Below are positions 10,190 to 19,935 of a stretch of DNA of 64,000 nt, piece after piece. Location of the stretch: assembly GCA_965197865.1 (NCBI GenBank), contig CBDANZ010000005.1:247793-311792 (forward strand), written 5' to 3'. The notes under the pieces were generated by a model that was given only the letters and a program-made list of their open reading frames with translations, ran no database searches and was not told the DNA's origin. The first letter of the stretch is position 1; each line of letters starts with the position of its first letter. The position numbers were made by a program, and so were the translations under genes. Source of the DNA: Vicinamibacterales bacterium (GTDB lineage Bacteria; Acidobacteriota; Vicinamibacteria; Vicinamibacterales; CAVVIG01).

Positions 10190-10525
10190 TCAGAAATGAC
10201 ACGTAATGCATCCGTTCGGCGGAGCTATTTCCATGATGACAGTTCACGCAGAATCCGATGTCCACGCTCGGTAGTCCAGCGATCGGCCCTTGGCGGCGCT
10301 CTCGTGGCAGTACTCAGTGCAGCCGAGCTTGTTCTCGACATGCACCTGATGAGAAAACTCGGTGGGCCGCTCGGGCCGCGGCTTCACCCAGAAGAAATCG
10401 TTGATGGCCTCACGCAGGGAGCTGTTGGCCGGCGTGAAGACCGATGACCGCCGATCCAGCGATGAACAGCCGTCGAGGGCGCTCGACAAAGGCCCCTGCT
10501 GGAGCAAGCGGCAGGTGCGGCGCAT
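10190..10525 (-). pseudogene. small multihaem cytochrome c (ActA/c7-like), disrupted
   Basis: ATG 10525 with GGAG upstream. FSHQVHVENKLGCTEYCH (CXXCH 10304-10321) and CITCHF-stop (10196-10210) share one frame but are separated by TGA 10244-10246. A third CXXCH (CVNCHH, 10233-10250) lies across that stop in another frame. Ends 13 nt before the molybdopterin gene. Confidence 0.6.
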
Positions 10526-10777
10526 CTTCCCTTGGTCTCCTTTCACCAACGAGCTGGATTCTAGCGTAACAAAGATGGAGCCAGCAACCCGCCGAGCCGA
10601 GTCGCGGGACGTTGCGGAGGGACGGCCGAGAGTCGAGGCGCGTCTCGGACGGGGCTGCGACGGCGGGAGTCGGGGAGCGTGGTGCCTCCCCTGCGGCGGA
10701 GACGTCCCACATGTAAGAACAATTCTGGCGCGGTGCGCTTCAGATGTGTCAGTATGCAACCGAGGCGAGGGACGATC

Positions 10778-10987
10778 ATGAGCTTCTGCGAGCATTGTGA
10801 AGGTCAGCGATTTGATCGGGCGCAAGTCCTCCGAGTCCTACGGACTACGCGAAAAAACGTACGGAAGCAAAACCAGGCGTCTCGTGCCGATGAAGTGTTA
10901 GGTGCGGCCATCAAGGCTGTGCGTGCCTTGGAAATTCCCCACCTCGAACACCTGGACGAACTGTTCGACGAACAGATCGTTCACTGA
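10778..10987 (+). CDS. hypothetical protein (69 aa)
   Basis: ATG 10778 preceded by GAGGCGAGGG. MSFCEHCEGQRFDRAQVLRVL... No family recognised. Confidence 0.3.
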   Translation: MSFCEHCEGQRFDRAQVLRVLRTTRKNVRKQNQASRADEVLGAAIKAVRALEIPHLEHLDELFDEQIVH

Positions 10988-11406
10988 CGATGTTGTTCTG
11001 GCGATGGACACGACGAGGGAGTTCTTTCCCTGTCGGTCTCGACTCTCCCTTGGAGGACAGCCCCGTCGGCCATGGCGAAACGATACGCGAAGACGTCACC
11101 TTCCACAAATCCCGTCGCTCGGAGGTCGAGCTTTTCCCTTGCCGTGACGTTTCCGAGCACGGTGCCGTCAATCGTGATCGTTCTTGCGACGAGGTCGGCT
11201 TTGATCGTCGCGTCAGCCCCGATGGTCAAACCGTGGTCGCCGACCTCGATCGTTCCCTCGAGCTTACCGTCGATGGTGAGATCGCCGGAACAGACAACGT
11301 CACCTCTCACGAAAACAGACTTGCCAATGCACGCCGCTAGACGCCGCTCATCAAGCGCTGGCTTCACCTGTGCTTGTGTCCTCTCCCGCTCGGAGCCATT
11401 CAACAT
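10981..11406 (-). CDS. bactofilin (polymer-forming cytoskeletal protein)
   Basis: Beta-helical repeat GDVVCSGDLTIDGKLEGTIEVGDHGLTIGADATIKADLVARTITIDGTVLGNVTAREKLDL. ATG 11406 has a GGAGAG SD. The ORF is open up to 11490. Confidence 0.85.
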   Translation of the reverse strand: MLNGSERERTQAQVKPALDERRLAACIGKSVFVRGDVVCSGDLTIDGKLEGTIEVGDHGLTIGADATIKADLVARTITIDGTVLGNVTAREKLDLRATGFVEGDVFAYRFAMADGAVLQGRVETDRERTPSSCPSPEQHRQ

Positions 11407-11648
11407 CTTGCTCTCCGCTTGTACAGCAACCTGGGATGATATCCGCACAATTAGCCGTCGCCCAATCGCCTCCAACGTCCCAGGCTTCATTCTCGCTGGC
11501 GACGCGTCTTCAGTTCGTGGCGCCGCGGGCTTCCACCGCAGAGCGGTCGCGCGCTCCGACGCGCGGAGATTCGTAGATACTTAACGATATCAAGATGTCG
11601 ATTTACCTGGCGTGGTTAAGTGCCTCCGTGCGGCCGCAGTGTTGAGAT

Positions 11649-11730
11649 GGCACTGTTAAGTTGCTGGCAAACACCCCAAAACATGCACGCACTATGTTGC
11701 GCTCCTAGGTGGACCTGACAGCAATCCCTT
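11649..11730. repeat. 82-bp dispersed repeat, copy A
   Basis: GGCACTGTTAAGTTGCTGGCAAACACCCCAAA..CACTATGTTGCGCTCCTAGGTGGACCTGACAGCAATCCCTT. About 88% identical to 27186-27266. Confidence 0.85.
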
Positions 11731-11934
11731 GGGCGTCAGTGGAGCGATTTTTCGTCAACTTGACGATACCGCGGTAGGTGATTGCAGCTGGATTTGACGC
11801 GACTTGATCGCGCGGTCGGAAATAGTACTAATACGCGACGGCTCTTTTTCGTGGGCCGCACGGTGAGCGACCGGTCACAGCGCGTTGAGGCGCTGGGGGG
11901 GTGTCGCGCTCCACAGGGTAAGGACTAGTTAACG

Positions 11935-14265
11935 ATGATCACCCTTCGAAGGATCTTTGGCGATGGCGCATGGGTACTGACGATGCTGCTCGTTGCCTGC
12001 GTGTCGACGAGCGGCGCGGACCAGGGCACGGGGACCATCCGCGGCACGATCACGGACGAAAGCGGCGGCGTGCTACCGGGGGTCACCGTGACTGCGACCA
12101 ACACCGATAGTGGGGCCGCGCGAACGACCGTCAGCGACGGGCAGGGGCGCTACACGGTTACGAACCTGCCGGTCGCGAGCTACGAAGTGCGGGGTGTGCT
12201 GCCTGGGTTCAGCAGCGATGCGGCCACCGTGACCATCGCCGCGGGCGGGTCGGTGACGCTGGACATGTCGTTGACCGTAGCCCCGCTCACGGAGACCGTC
12301 ACCGTGACGCGCATCGACCAAGACCTTTCGGCGGTGCCGAGCGCCGTTGCCGTGGTGCAGCGTGACAAGATCGAATATGCGCAGCGCAAGTCGTCGCTCG
12401 ATGAGGCGTTGCGCGGTATTCCAGGTGTGTTCGTCCAGAACCGCCGGAACTATGGCCTTTCGGGGGGCATCGGTCTCAGCATCCGGGCGCCGCAGCCTCG
12501 GTTCGGTCTGCGCGGCGTGGCGATCATCCAGGACGGCATCCCGATCACGACGGCTGACGGCACGACCGAGCCGGGCAGCGTCGACCTCGGGTCGGTCGGC
12601 CGGATCGACGTGATCCGCGGCCCGAGCTCGGTGCTCTACGGCAACTCGGCCGGCGGCGTGATCAACCTGACGACAACGTTCGACACGACCCGGCCGCTGA
12701 CGTTCCGGCCTGACATCCAGTTTGGCAGCGACGGGTACAATCGGCAGCAGCTGCGAGTGGACGGCGGCAATACCAGCACCCAATTCATGGCGAGTGTCAG
12801 CCGGTTCGAGACCGACGGATTCCGCGAGAACAGCGCTGCGACGATCACCCAGGCGAACGTCGTGGTGCGTCGCGAGGTGTCGCCCAGCACGGAAATCCGC
12901 GGCGTGTTCAACCTGTATGACGCGCCGTTTTCCGAGAGCCCCAGCTTCCTCAACGAGGCAAACGCCCGGAACAACCCGCGCCTGGCCCGAGGCGTCGCGC
13001 TGGCTCGACACTGGGGCGAGGGCACCGGGCAGGGGCAGGGCGGTCTGACCGTTGAGCATCGTTTCGGCGGTGCGCAGGTGTTCCGGGTCACTGGCTGGGG
13101 GATGTGGCGCAACTTGGACGCGACAGGCGCGTTCCAGAACATCGAGCTGGGCCGGACCGGATTCGGATTCCGGTCAGAATACTTTGGGGGGACGCAGGCC
13201 GGGTCGGTGGGCGTGAAGTGGGCGGCCGGACTCGACGTTTCGTCCCAGAACGACGACCGGCAGGAGTTCGGCCAGGTGCCGCCGACTGTTGCCGGCGGAG
13301 ATTCGACCAACGGTGCGCTGCGGGTCGACCAGACCGAGGACGTGCGCTCGGCCGGGCCGTTCGCACAGGTCAGCATCGCGCCGCACGACCGTGTGCAGGT
13401 CACCGCCGGCGTTCGGTGGGACTACTACGGCTTCAGCGCCGGCGACCGGAAGCTCGACGATGGCGACCAGTCCGGCGCCCGAACGATGGATGCGGTCAGC
13501 CCCGCGGTTGGGGTGACGATCGCCGCTGCGCCCGGTGTGAACATCTTCGGTAGCTTCGCGACTGCGTACGAAACCCCGACCACCGTGGAGCTGTCGAATA
13601 CCCCGACCGGCGAGGGCGGGTTCAATCAGGAGCTGGATCCTGAGGAGCTGCGCAGCTTCGAGGTCGGTGTGCGTGGGCTGATCGAGCCGGCACGGCTCCG
13701 GTACGAGGCGGCGGTCTACGCCTCCACCGTGGACAACGCGCTCGTCACTTTCCAGAACGCTCTCTCGCAGGACTTCTTCCGCAATGCCGGCAAATCGTCG
13801 CGCGACGGCGTCGAGCTGTTGCTCGAGTGGGAGCCCAACGCCAGCTTCAACACCCGGTTCGCCTACACGTATCAGGACTTCGTGTTCGAGGAATTCACCA
13901 CCGGCTCGTCCGACTTCTCGGGAAAACTCGAGCCGGGCGCGCCCCCGCACCGGGTGTTCGTCGGGTTCAACCACACCGCGCAGTTCGGCCTGCGGTCGGG
14001 CGCGACCGTCCGGTGGGTCGACGACTACACGCTCGACAACGCGAACACGGTCTTCAACTGGGCCTACACGGTGGTCGATCTCCGTTTCGGGTTCGACGCC
14101 AAATGGGGTGATGTGGATGTGCGTCCGTTCGCCGGGATCGACAACCTGTTCGCCGAGCGCTACAACTCGTCAGCCATCACCAACGCATTCGGCGGGCGCT
14201 ACTACGAGCCGTCGCCGGGCCGGGAGGTCTACGTCGGTCTGACGATCGGTGCCGGTATCCGGTGA
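11935..14265 (+). CDS. TonB-dependent receptor with N-terminal carboxypeptidase-regulatory-like domain
   Basis: Signal peptide, GTIRGTITDESGGVLPGVTVTATN..YEVRGVLPGF, plug (RGPSSVLYGNSAGGVINL), C-terminal barrel ending ..VYVGLTIGAGIR. Confidence 0.9.
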   Translation: MITLRRIFGDGAWVLTMLLVACVSTSGADQGTGTIRGTITDESGGVLPGVTVTATNTDSGAARTTVSDGQGRYTVTNLPVASYEVRGVLPGFSSDAATVTIAAGGSVTLDMSLTVAPLTETVTVTRIDQDLSAVPSAVAVVQRDKIEYAQRKSSLDEALRGIPGVFVQNRRNYGLSGGIGLSIRAPQPRFGLRGVAIIQDGIPITTADGTTEPGSVDLGSVGRIDVIRGPSSVLYGNSAGGVINLTTTFDTTRPLTFRPDIQFGSDGYNRQQLRVDGGNTSTQFMASVSRFETDGFRENSAATITQANVVVRREVSPSTEIRGVFNLYDAPFSESPSFLNEANARNNPRLARGVALARHWGEGTGQGQGGLTVEHRFGGAQVFRVTGWGMWRNLDATGAFQNIELGRTGFGFRSEYFGGTQAGSVGVKWAAGLDVSSQNDDRQEFGQVPPTVAGGDSTNGALRVDQTEDVRSAGPFAQVSIAPHDRVQVTAGVRWDYYGFSAGDRKLDDGDQSGARTMDAVSPAVGVTIAAAPGVNIFGSFATAYETPTTVELSNTPTGEGGFNQELDPEELRSFEVGVRGLIEPARLRYEAAVYASTVDNALVTFQNALSQDFFRNAGKSSRDGVELLLEWEPNASFNTRFAYTYQDFVFEEFTTGSSDFSGKLEPGAPPHRVFVGFNHTAQFGLRSGATVRWVDDYTLDNANTVFNWAYTVVDLRFGFDAKWGDVDVRPFAGIDNLFAERYNSSAITNAFGGRYYEPSPGREVYVGLTIGAGIR

Positions 14266-14376
14266 GTCGGGTTCGCCACATCAGCGGCTCGGCGGGCTCC
14301 TCGATGACCGTTCACTTTATGACAGGGGCCATCTCACCCTTGGCGGTGAACAAGGCTCAAGACTGAGACTCCCTCG

Positions 14377-14900
14377 CTACCTCTTGGCCGGACCGTCGGC
14401 CGGATTCACATAGTTGTCACCCGAGCGAACGCAGGCTGTGGGAGACGATCCAGGCAGTGTCGAGAGAGATGACTGGACGCTGCGCGCTTGTGTTGAGGTT
14501 CTGGAGCGCCGTGAGCCTGGCTGAGCGGACCACGAGTACTGGTGCCTTGCACCTGGCCCACTCTGACGACGATGGTCTGAGTCCAGGTCGGTCGAGATAC
14601 TTCCAGGCCAAGACCACGAGTGTCCCGTGGGAACACCACGACGGGGTAATTGGATTTCGTAGTCGGCGTACAGCGTCGTTCCATCGTCTGTGACCCGTGT
14701 TCGAGGGAGGCTCACCGTTCCTTGCACGATCGCACCGGTTGTATCGAGTAGTGCCTCGAGCGAAGACGCCCTGGGAGAGTCAGTGCCCGAGACGCCTTCA
14801 CGGGGGGGGTCTGGGCTCCGGCGCTCTCAGGCAGAAAGGCGGCGAGCACCGCAAGCATCAGGACAGCTACAACAAGCGTGTGGCTTCGACCCTTGGGCAT
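14377..14900 (-). pseudogene. secreted hypothetical protein, multiply frameshifted
   Basis: Signal peptide MPKGRSHTLVVAVLMLAVLAAFLPESAGAQ (ORF 14712-14900). Plausible continuation is scattered over three frames (..GTVSLPRTRVTDDGTTLYADYEIQ / YPVVVFPRDTRGLGLEV / KAPVLVVRSARLTALQNLN..). Confidence 0.35.
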
Positions 14901-15234
14901 CAGCGCCTCCAGGCTTCCGTGAAGCGTCCCGCTGCAGTCGGCGTACCGAGTCCAGGGCGGCGCTGGCGGGGAGTCGCGGACGTGGAGATCCGATCCAGCT
15001 AACAGGCGCGAAGGGAGGATTCTGTAGCTGCAAGTTCAGATCTGTCGCGGGCAACCCAGCGCGGCCGCTAGGCTCCGGCGCCGTGCAGCATCGGTTGTCG
15101 GTTCCCCACGCGGATGCTGGCGATTCAGTGGGCGGAACTAGAGCAGAGTACCCGGGGTTGGTTTGAGCAGGTCTGGAGAGTCCGAAGGCTGCTACCGAAG
15201 TTGGCGCCCTCCGGCTATTGCTGGATAATTCGAC

Positions 15235-15588
15235 ATGGTCGCTCGAATGTCCTGGCTATGGCGGGCCGGACTCCTTCGGACGTTGCTCTGGCGGCTGCGG
15301 CTGGCGATCCGGCTGATCCGGGAGCCTCGCGTGCCACTCCTGACGAAAGCCCTGCCGTTGCTGATGGTGTTCTATCTCATCTTACCCCTCGATCTTGTCC
15401 CCGACGTCCTCCTTCTGCTTGGACAGATCGATGACCTGGTCATCACCTGGGTCGGGCTCGAAATCTTCCTCAGATTATGCCCGGAGGCGGCCATCGCGTT
15501 TCACGGTGCAGCGATCACGGGATGCCGACCGTACGCGCCGATGTCTCGGACCGATGACGTCATCGATGCGGAGTGGCGACGCGAGTAG
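15235..15588 (+). CDS. DUF1232 (YkvA-like) membrane protein
   Basis: LILPLDLVPDVLLLLGQIDDLVI motif. 117 aa. Confidence 0.75.
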   Translation: MVARMSWLWRAGLLRTLLWRLRLAIRLIREPRVPLLTKALPLLMVFYLILPLDLVPDVLLLLGQIDDLVITWVGLEIFLRLCPEAAIAFHGAAITGCRPYAPMSRTDDVIDAEWRRE

Positions 15589-15783
15589 AGAACCCTCGAA
15601 AGAATGAAATCCGAGTGAAGGGACCTCGTTCCTAAAGCAGGTGACACAACGAGTTTGGCTTATTGAACTAGGCAAGCGAATCACGGTGTACGCGAACTGT
15701 CATCGCGTGTTGTCACGACCCAGTGGACAGTTGTACAACGGCTTCATGAAGAGCATTTCGAACTCGCTTACTTGCGGACTGTC

Positions 15784-15960
15784 TCACTGAATCGCTCCTA
15801 GCTGCTGCAGGACGGCCTCAATTGGCGGCCTGTCCAGTGCGCCTTCCCCCACGTACCGCCAGCGGACCATCCCTTCACGGTCGATCACGAACAGCGACGG
15901 CCGCGCGATGCCTTCTTGCGGATGCAACACGCCGTAATCCCGGATGTGTCGGGGTTGCTC
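15784..15960 (-). pseudogene. peroxiredoxin (AhpC/TSA-Bcp-like) C-terminal fragment
   Basis: Minus-strand translation IRDYGVLHPQEGIARPSLFVIDREGMVRWRYVGEGALDRPPIEAVLQQLGAIQ-stop (TGA 15784-15786). The N-terminal two thirds are absent. Confidence 0.55.
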
Positions 15961-18395
15961 TCGACTTGGCCGCCGGCTCCCTGCCGATTCACGCCGAGGC
16001 TCCGGCCGCGCGAATCAGCGGGACGGTTGTCGACCCGGTCGGTCATGTCCTGCCCGGCGTCAGCGTCGCACTTGAGGCGGTGGAAGATGGACCTCCTCTG
16101 ATCGGCGCACCAGCCACCCGCGTCATGGTCTCGACGGTGACCAGCGAGAGGAGACAGCTTGTGTTCGAGACGGTGTCCGCGGGCACCTACGTGATCACGG
16201 CGGAGCTGCCCGGGTACGCGCGAGGCGTGCATCCGCCCGTGCGCGTAATCGACGGTCGGTCCGTTGACGTACGGTTGCGACTTGCCTTGGCCTCGCTTTC
16301 CGAGGTGGTCACCGTCGTCGCCTCGACCGGTTCCGGCGAACCAATCGAGGAAGATGCTATTCGGGCCGACTTCCTTCGGGTCTTTCAGCTGCCAGCCGAT
16401 CGGTTCCAGGAAGCCCTGCCGCTCCTGCCCGGCGTGATCCGCGATCCCAGCGGGCGCCTGAGTTTCAAGGGCACGCGCCCGAGCCAGAGCACGCTGCTCG
16501 TTAACGGAACGAATGCCATTGACCCCGTGACCGGACAGTTTGCCGTCGAGCTTCCGCTCAGCGTCATCGACACCGTCGAGGTTCATGCCATTCCGTACTC
16601 GGCGGAATTCGGCCGCGTCTCAGGTGCAGTCGCGAATATCCGGACGCGCGCCGGCGATGACCATTGGGACCTTGATGTTGGCAGCCTAATCCCGACCCTT
16701 CGCTTTCGAGACGGCACACTGATGGGGATTAGCACGGCCACCCCACGCGTCAAGGTGAGCGGGCCACTGCAGCGCGGCCACGCGTGGTTTTCTCAGGCAT
16801 TCTCCTACCGCTTCGCGCGGGCCCAGGTGAAAGAAGAGATCGCCGGCGACGACGAGGAGATCGTCGAGGGGTTCGAGAATTCCACTCAGGTGGACGTTCA
16901 ATTCAGCGACCGCCACTCGATGACCGGCTCGCCATCAGTCTTTCCCTCAGATGTCGACAACCTGGGAATCGACTCGCTCCACCCGGCGTTCGCCACGCCT
17001 GACCTGGAAAGCGACGGGTGGTACGTGGCCATCGCCGACGAATTGGCGACGGGTCCCAACACGCTGTGGCAGACCCGGTTCGCGCTGCGAGGGTTCGATG
17101 TGGCGGTTCGGCCGAAGGGTACGGGACCTTCGCGGCTGACCCCGGACGGACTGCGCGACAACTACTTCAATGAGATCGATCGGCAGAGCCGCCAAGTGGA
17201 ACTGAGCACGGCTCGCCTTCAGAGTTGGCGGCCGGGAACGCAGGAGCATCTTGTCAAAGTCGGCGCCCAGTTGCTGGCGACATCGCTTGACGGCATCGAC
17301 CGCAGCAGCCCCATCGAAATGCGTGGCGACCGATGGTCGGCTCCTCAGGCAGATCACCTTTCGTGGGCGCGGCGAGTTGGAGGCCTCGGATGTCGTCGCC
17401 TCGGGGTGCGTGCAGGACCACTGGCGAGTCAGCCCCGCCTCGCCCTGGATCTCGGTCTTCGGTACGACAACGACGCCATGCTCCGAGAGGGTAATCTGTC
17501 GCCGTGGACGGCGTTCTCGCTCACGCTCGACGAAGGTGGAAGGACAATCATAAAGGGCGGGTGGGGACTCTTCTTCGACCAGGTCTTCCTCCAAGTCGAC
17601 GCCTTCGACCGGTTTCAACGGCGCGTTGAACAGGAGTTCGACGGGACTGCCGACCGATGGGCCCCGGCCGTTGTCTTTGAGAACCGCGTGGACCCAGAAG
17701 GCCTGGAAGAGCCGACGAGCCACGTCTGGAACCTCGAGTTCGATCATCTTAGTGAGTCGCTGCTGTTCCGCGTGAACTATCGGGAGAACCGTGCGGGCGA
17801 TCGTTTGGTCATCGACCGGGTGACTGATGACGACGGGTCGGCGCTGGTGCTCTCGTCGACCGGCAGGCTGACCGGACGAGAGTTCGACGCGACGGTCCGG
17901 TGGACACTCGCGACCGGCGGGGATCTGTACGCTTCCTATTCGAAAATCCTCATCACGGGCGACATCAATGACTTCGGTCTGATCTATGACAATCTGCGAG
18001 ATCCTCTCGTGCTGGCGAATGAGACCGCGTTTCAGCCGTTTGAAGCGGCCAACCGAATGCTCGTGTGGGGTGTCGTCACTCTCCCCAAGGGGTTCACGGT
18101 AACCCCTGGCATCGAATGGCGAAGCGGTTTTCCGTACACCGTGTTCGCCGAAGACCACACCGTTATTGGTGAGCGGAACCGGGCACAGTTCCCGCGATTC
18201 TTCTCGGCCGATGTGGCAGTGACAAAGTAAGTGCCAGTGTTCGGCAGGCGGGTGGATCTCGGCATCCAGGCCTACAATCTGACCAGCTACGCGAACCCAC
18301 GCGATGTGGTTTCCAACCTGGCAAGCCCCAGCTTCGGCGCGTTCCGAAATAGTGTCGGGACCACCATTGCACTGAAACTTGGCCTGCGTCTGTAA
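15945..18395 (+). pseudogene. TonB-dependent receptor, 5'-truncated, internal frame excursion and premature TAA
   Basis: Only the tail of a signal peptide remains (..LAAGSLPIHAEAP), then ARISGTVVDPVGHVLPGVSV, plug and barrel. Between ~17325 and ~17440 the receptor-like sequence (DGRLLRQITFRGRGELEASDVVASGCVQDHWRVSP) is in another frame. In-frame TAA 18228-18230 is followed in frame by the canonical barrel end VDLGIQAYNLTS..ALKLGLRL-stop at 18395. Confidence 0.75.
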
Positions 18396-18495
18396 CATCC
18401 CGGCACCGTCGAACGGATCAGGCGCACCGCTCATGTAACGAACGTCCGGCGAACAGGACCTCTCCTGTCACCCGACCGCGTTACGATCGGACGCT

Positions 18496-18665
18496 GTGAG
18501 CGACGATGAGCCGTTCTACTCGCCGAACGCCAAGCCGCCGACGCGAGTGCCGCGACCGGGCGAGCCGCTCTGGTCCCTCCGCAAGGACGGTGTGTGACCT
18601 GGGAAGCCGAGTTGCGCTATCACGGCGAGTTCGGTGTCGAAGGTCAGATTCTCCGCCATAGTTAA
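18496..18665 (+). pseudogene. conserved-hypothetical fragment, frameshifted and truncated
   Basis: GTG 18496 ..RPGEPLWSLRKDGV-TGA(18595), continues in another frame as WEAELRYHGEFGVEGQILRH-stop. Ends where the AT-rich segment begins. Confidence 0.35.
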
Positions 18666-18804
18666 GTGATTCTCAGTAAGCAACTTAATCATTCAAGCTA
18701 ATCAGGCGTTCCAAGATTCGGCCTGGTAGAGCCTTCAGAATCGTTCTCGGCGGTGACAGACGGAAGCATTCACCCTCCAAAGGGCGTTTATGGCCGGGAG
18801 AGAC

Positions 18805-18834
18805 TTGACTTTCTAGCTTCGCATAATTTATATT
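18805..18834 (+). promoter_or_regulatory. candidate sigma70-type promoter of the copper island
   Basis: TTGACT (18805-18810) - 18 nt - TATATT (18829-18834), inside a locally very AT-rich stretch (18650-18873) upstream of ATG 18874. Confidence 0.25.
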
Positions 18835-18873
18835 TTGTGTTATCAAGATTATTATTATTAATCATCGAATGCG

Positions 18874-19935
18874 ATGACAACAGGGTGGTCGAGACGATCG
18901 TGGCTGCAGCGGGTGGGGCTGAGCTCTCTCGCGAGTGGCGCAGTGTTCCTGCGTGGTCGGGGCGCCGCTGGCCAGGGGGGGGCGCACTCGCGGCAGATGA
19001 TGGCTCATACCGGGGACGCCATGGGCCTGGTTGGGCGCGTGTCGACCGAAACCTTCAACCCAACGAGGTTTCTACGGACCTGGAACTTTTCTGACTTACC
19101 GTCCGCCGAGCGGTCGAAATTCTACCGCGAGACACCCAGACCGGACGGTTCGCGGCTGCGCGAATACGACTTCTTTGCCGTCGACCGTGAGATTGAAATT
19201 GCGCCTGGGGTCTTTTTTCAGGCGTGGACATATAACGGGCAAGTTCCTGGGCCGACGATTCGGGCCACCGAAGGCGACCGTGTCCGGGTGAACTTCGTCA
19301 ACCAAGGATCTCATCCTCACACGATTCACTTTCACGGCTGGCACGCGCCGGAGATGGATGGCTCGCGCCCCGAGCATCAGGTGCTTCCCGGCGCGCGCTT
19401 CGTGTATGAGTTCGATGCCGAGCCGTTCGGCATCCACCTGTATCACTGCCACGCTGTGCCGTTGAAGCGCCACATTCACAAAGGTCTCTATGGAGTCTTC
19501 ATCGTGGATCGGCGGGAGAGCACCGAGAGTGAGGTGCGACCACCCGTCGACGAGTTGGTCATGGTGATGAACTCGTTTGACACCAATTTCGACGCCGAGA
19601 ACGAAGTGTACGCCGTCAACACCGTGGCCAACTTTTATATGCAGGAGCCAGTCCGCGTGACCGTTGGCCAACTCGTTCGAGTGTTCTTGGTCAACCTCAC
19701 GGAGTTCGACCCGTTGAACAGTTTTCATCTGCACGGCATGTTTTTCGACGTCTATCGGACTGGCACCCGCCTGACCACGAGCGAAACGACTGACACGATC
19801 ATGTTGTGCCAGGGAGAGCGTGCCACACTCGAGACCACGTTCCGATATCCAGGCGAGTATATGTTCCACGCTCACCAGACCGAGTTTGCCGAGTTGGGTT
19901 GGATGGGCTTGTTCAGGGCGGAGGCGGAGTCGTGA
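18874..19935 (+). CDS. TAT-exported two-domain multicopper oxidase / NirK-like cupredoxin protein
   Basis: MTTGWSRRSWLQRVG.. TAT signal. Copper ligand motifs HTIHFHGWH, HLYHCHAVPLKRHIHKGLYG, FHLHG, YMFHAHQ. 353 aa fits two cupredoxin domains. Confidence 0.8.
   Translation: MTTGWSRRSWLQRVGLSSLASGAVFLRGRGAAGQGGAHSRQMMAHTGDAMGLVGRVSTETFNPTRFLRTWNFSDLPSAERSKFYRETPRPDGSRLREYDFFAVDREIEIAPGVFFQAWTYNGQVPGPTIRATEGDRVRVNFVNQGSHPHTIHFHGWHAPEMDGSRPEHQVLPGARFVYEFDAEPFGIHLYHCHAVPLKRHIHKGLYGVFIVDRRESTESEVRPPVDELVMVMNSFDTNFDAENEVYAVNTVANFYMQEPVRVTVGQLVRVFLVNLTEFDPLNSFHLHGMFFDVYRTGTRLTTSETTDTIMLCQGERATLETTFRYPGEYMFHAHQTEFAELGWMGLFRAEAES

Noticed and set aside
8728-10206. Long ORFs antisense to, or out of frame with, strong genes. 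Examples: 8728-10206(+), 12073-13059(-), 16947-18434(-), 33975-35144(+), 38859-39869(+), 40970-42058(-), 53985-55064(+), 60215-61390(+), 62135-63121(+).
   Set aside because: These are typical high-GC shadow ORFs. Their translations are Arg/Pro/Gly/Ala-rich with no recognisable motifs. Each overlaps a gene with clear family signatures on the other strand or frame.
11648-11666. Sigma-54 promoter (TGGCAC..TTGC) at the start of the 82-bp repeat.
   Set aside because: The spacing between TGGCAC and TTGC is 7 nt instead of the canonical 5. Copy B has GGGCAC. The pattern is not supported.
11590-11934. Cobalamin or other riboswitch upstream of the TonB-dependent receptor.
   Set aside because: I could not find a B12-box or any other riboswitch core I recognise. 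An Infernal scan would be needed before claiming one.
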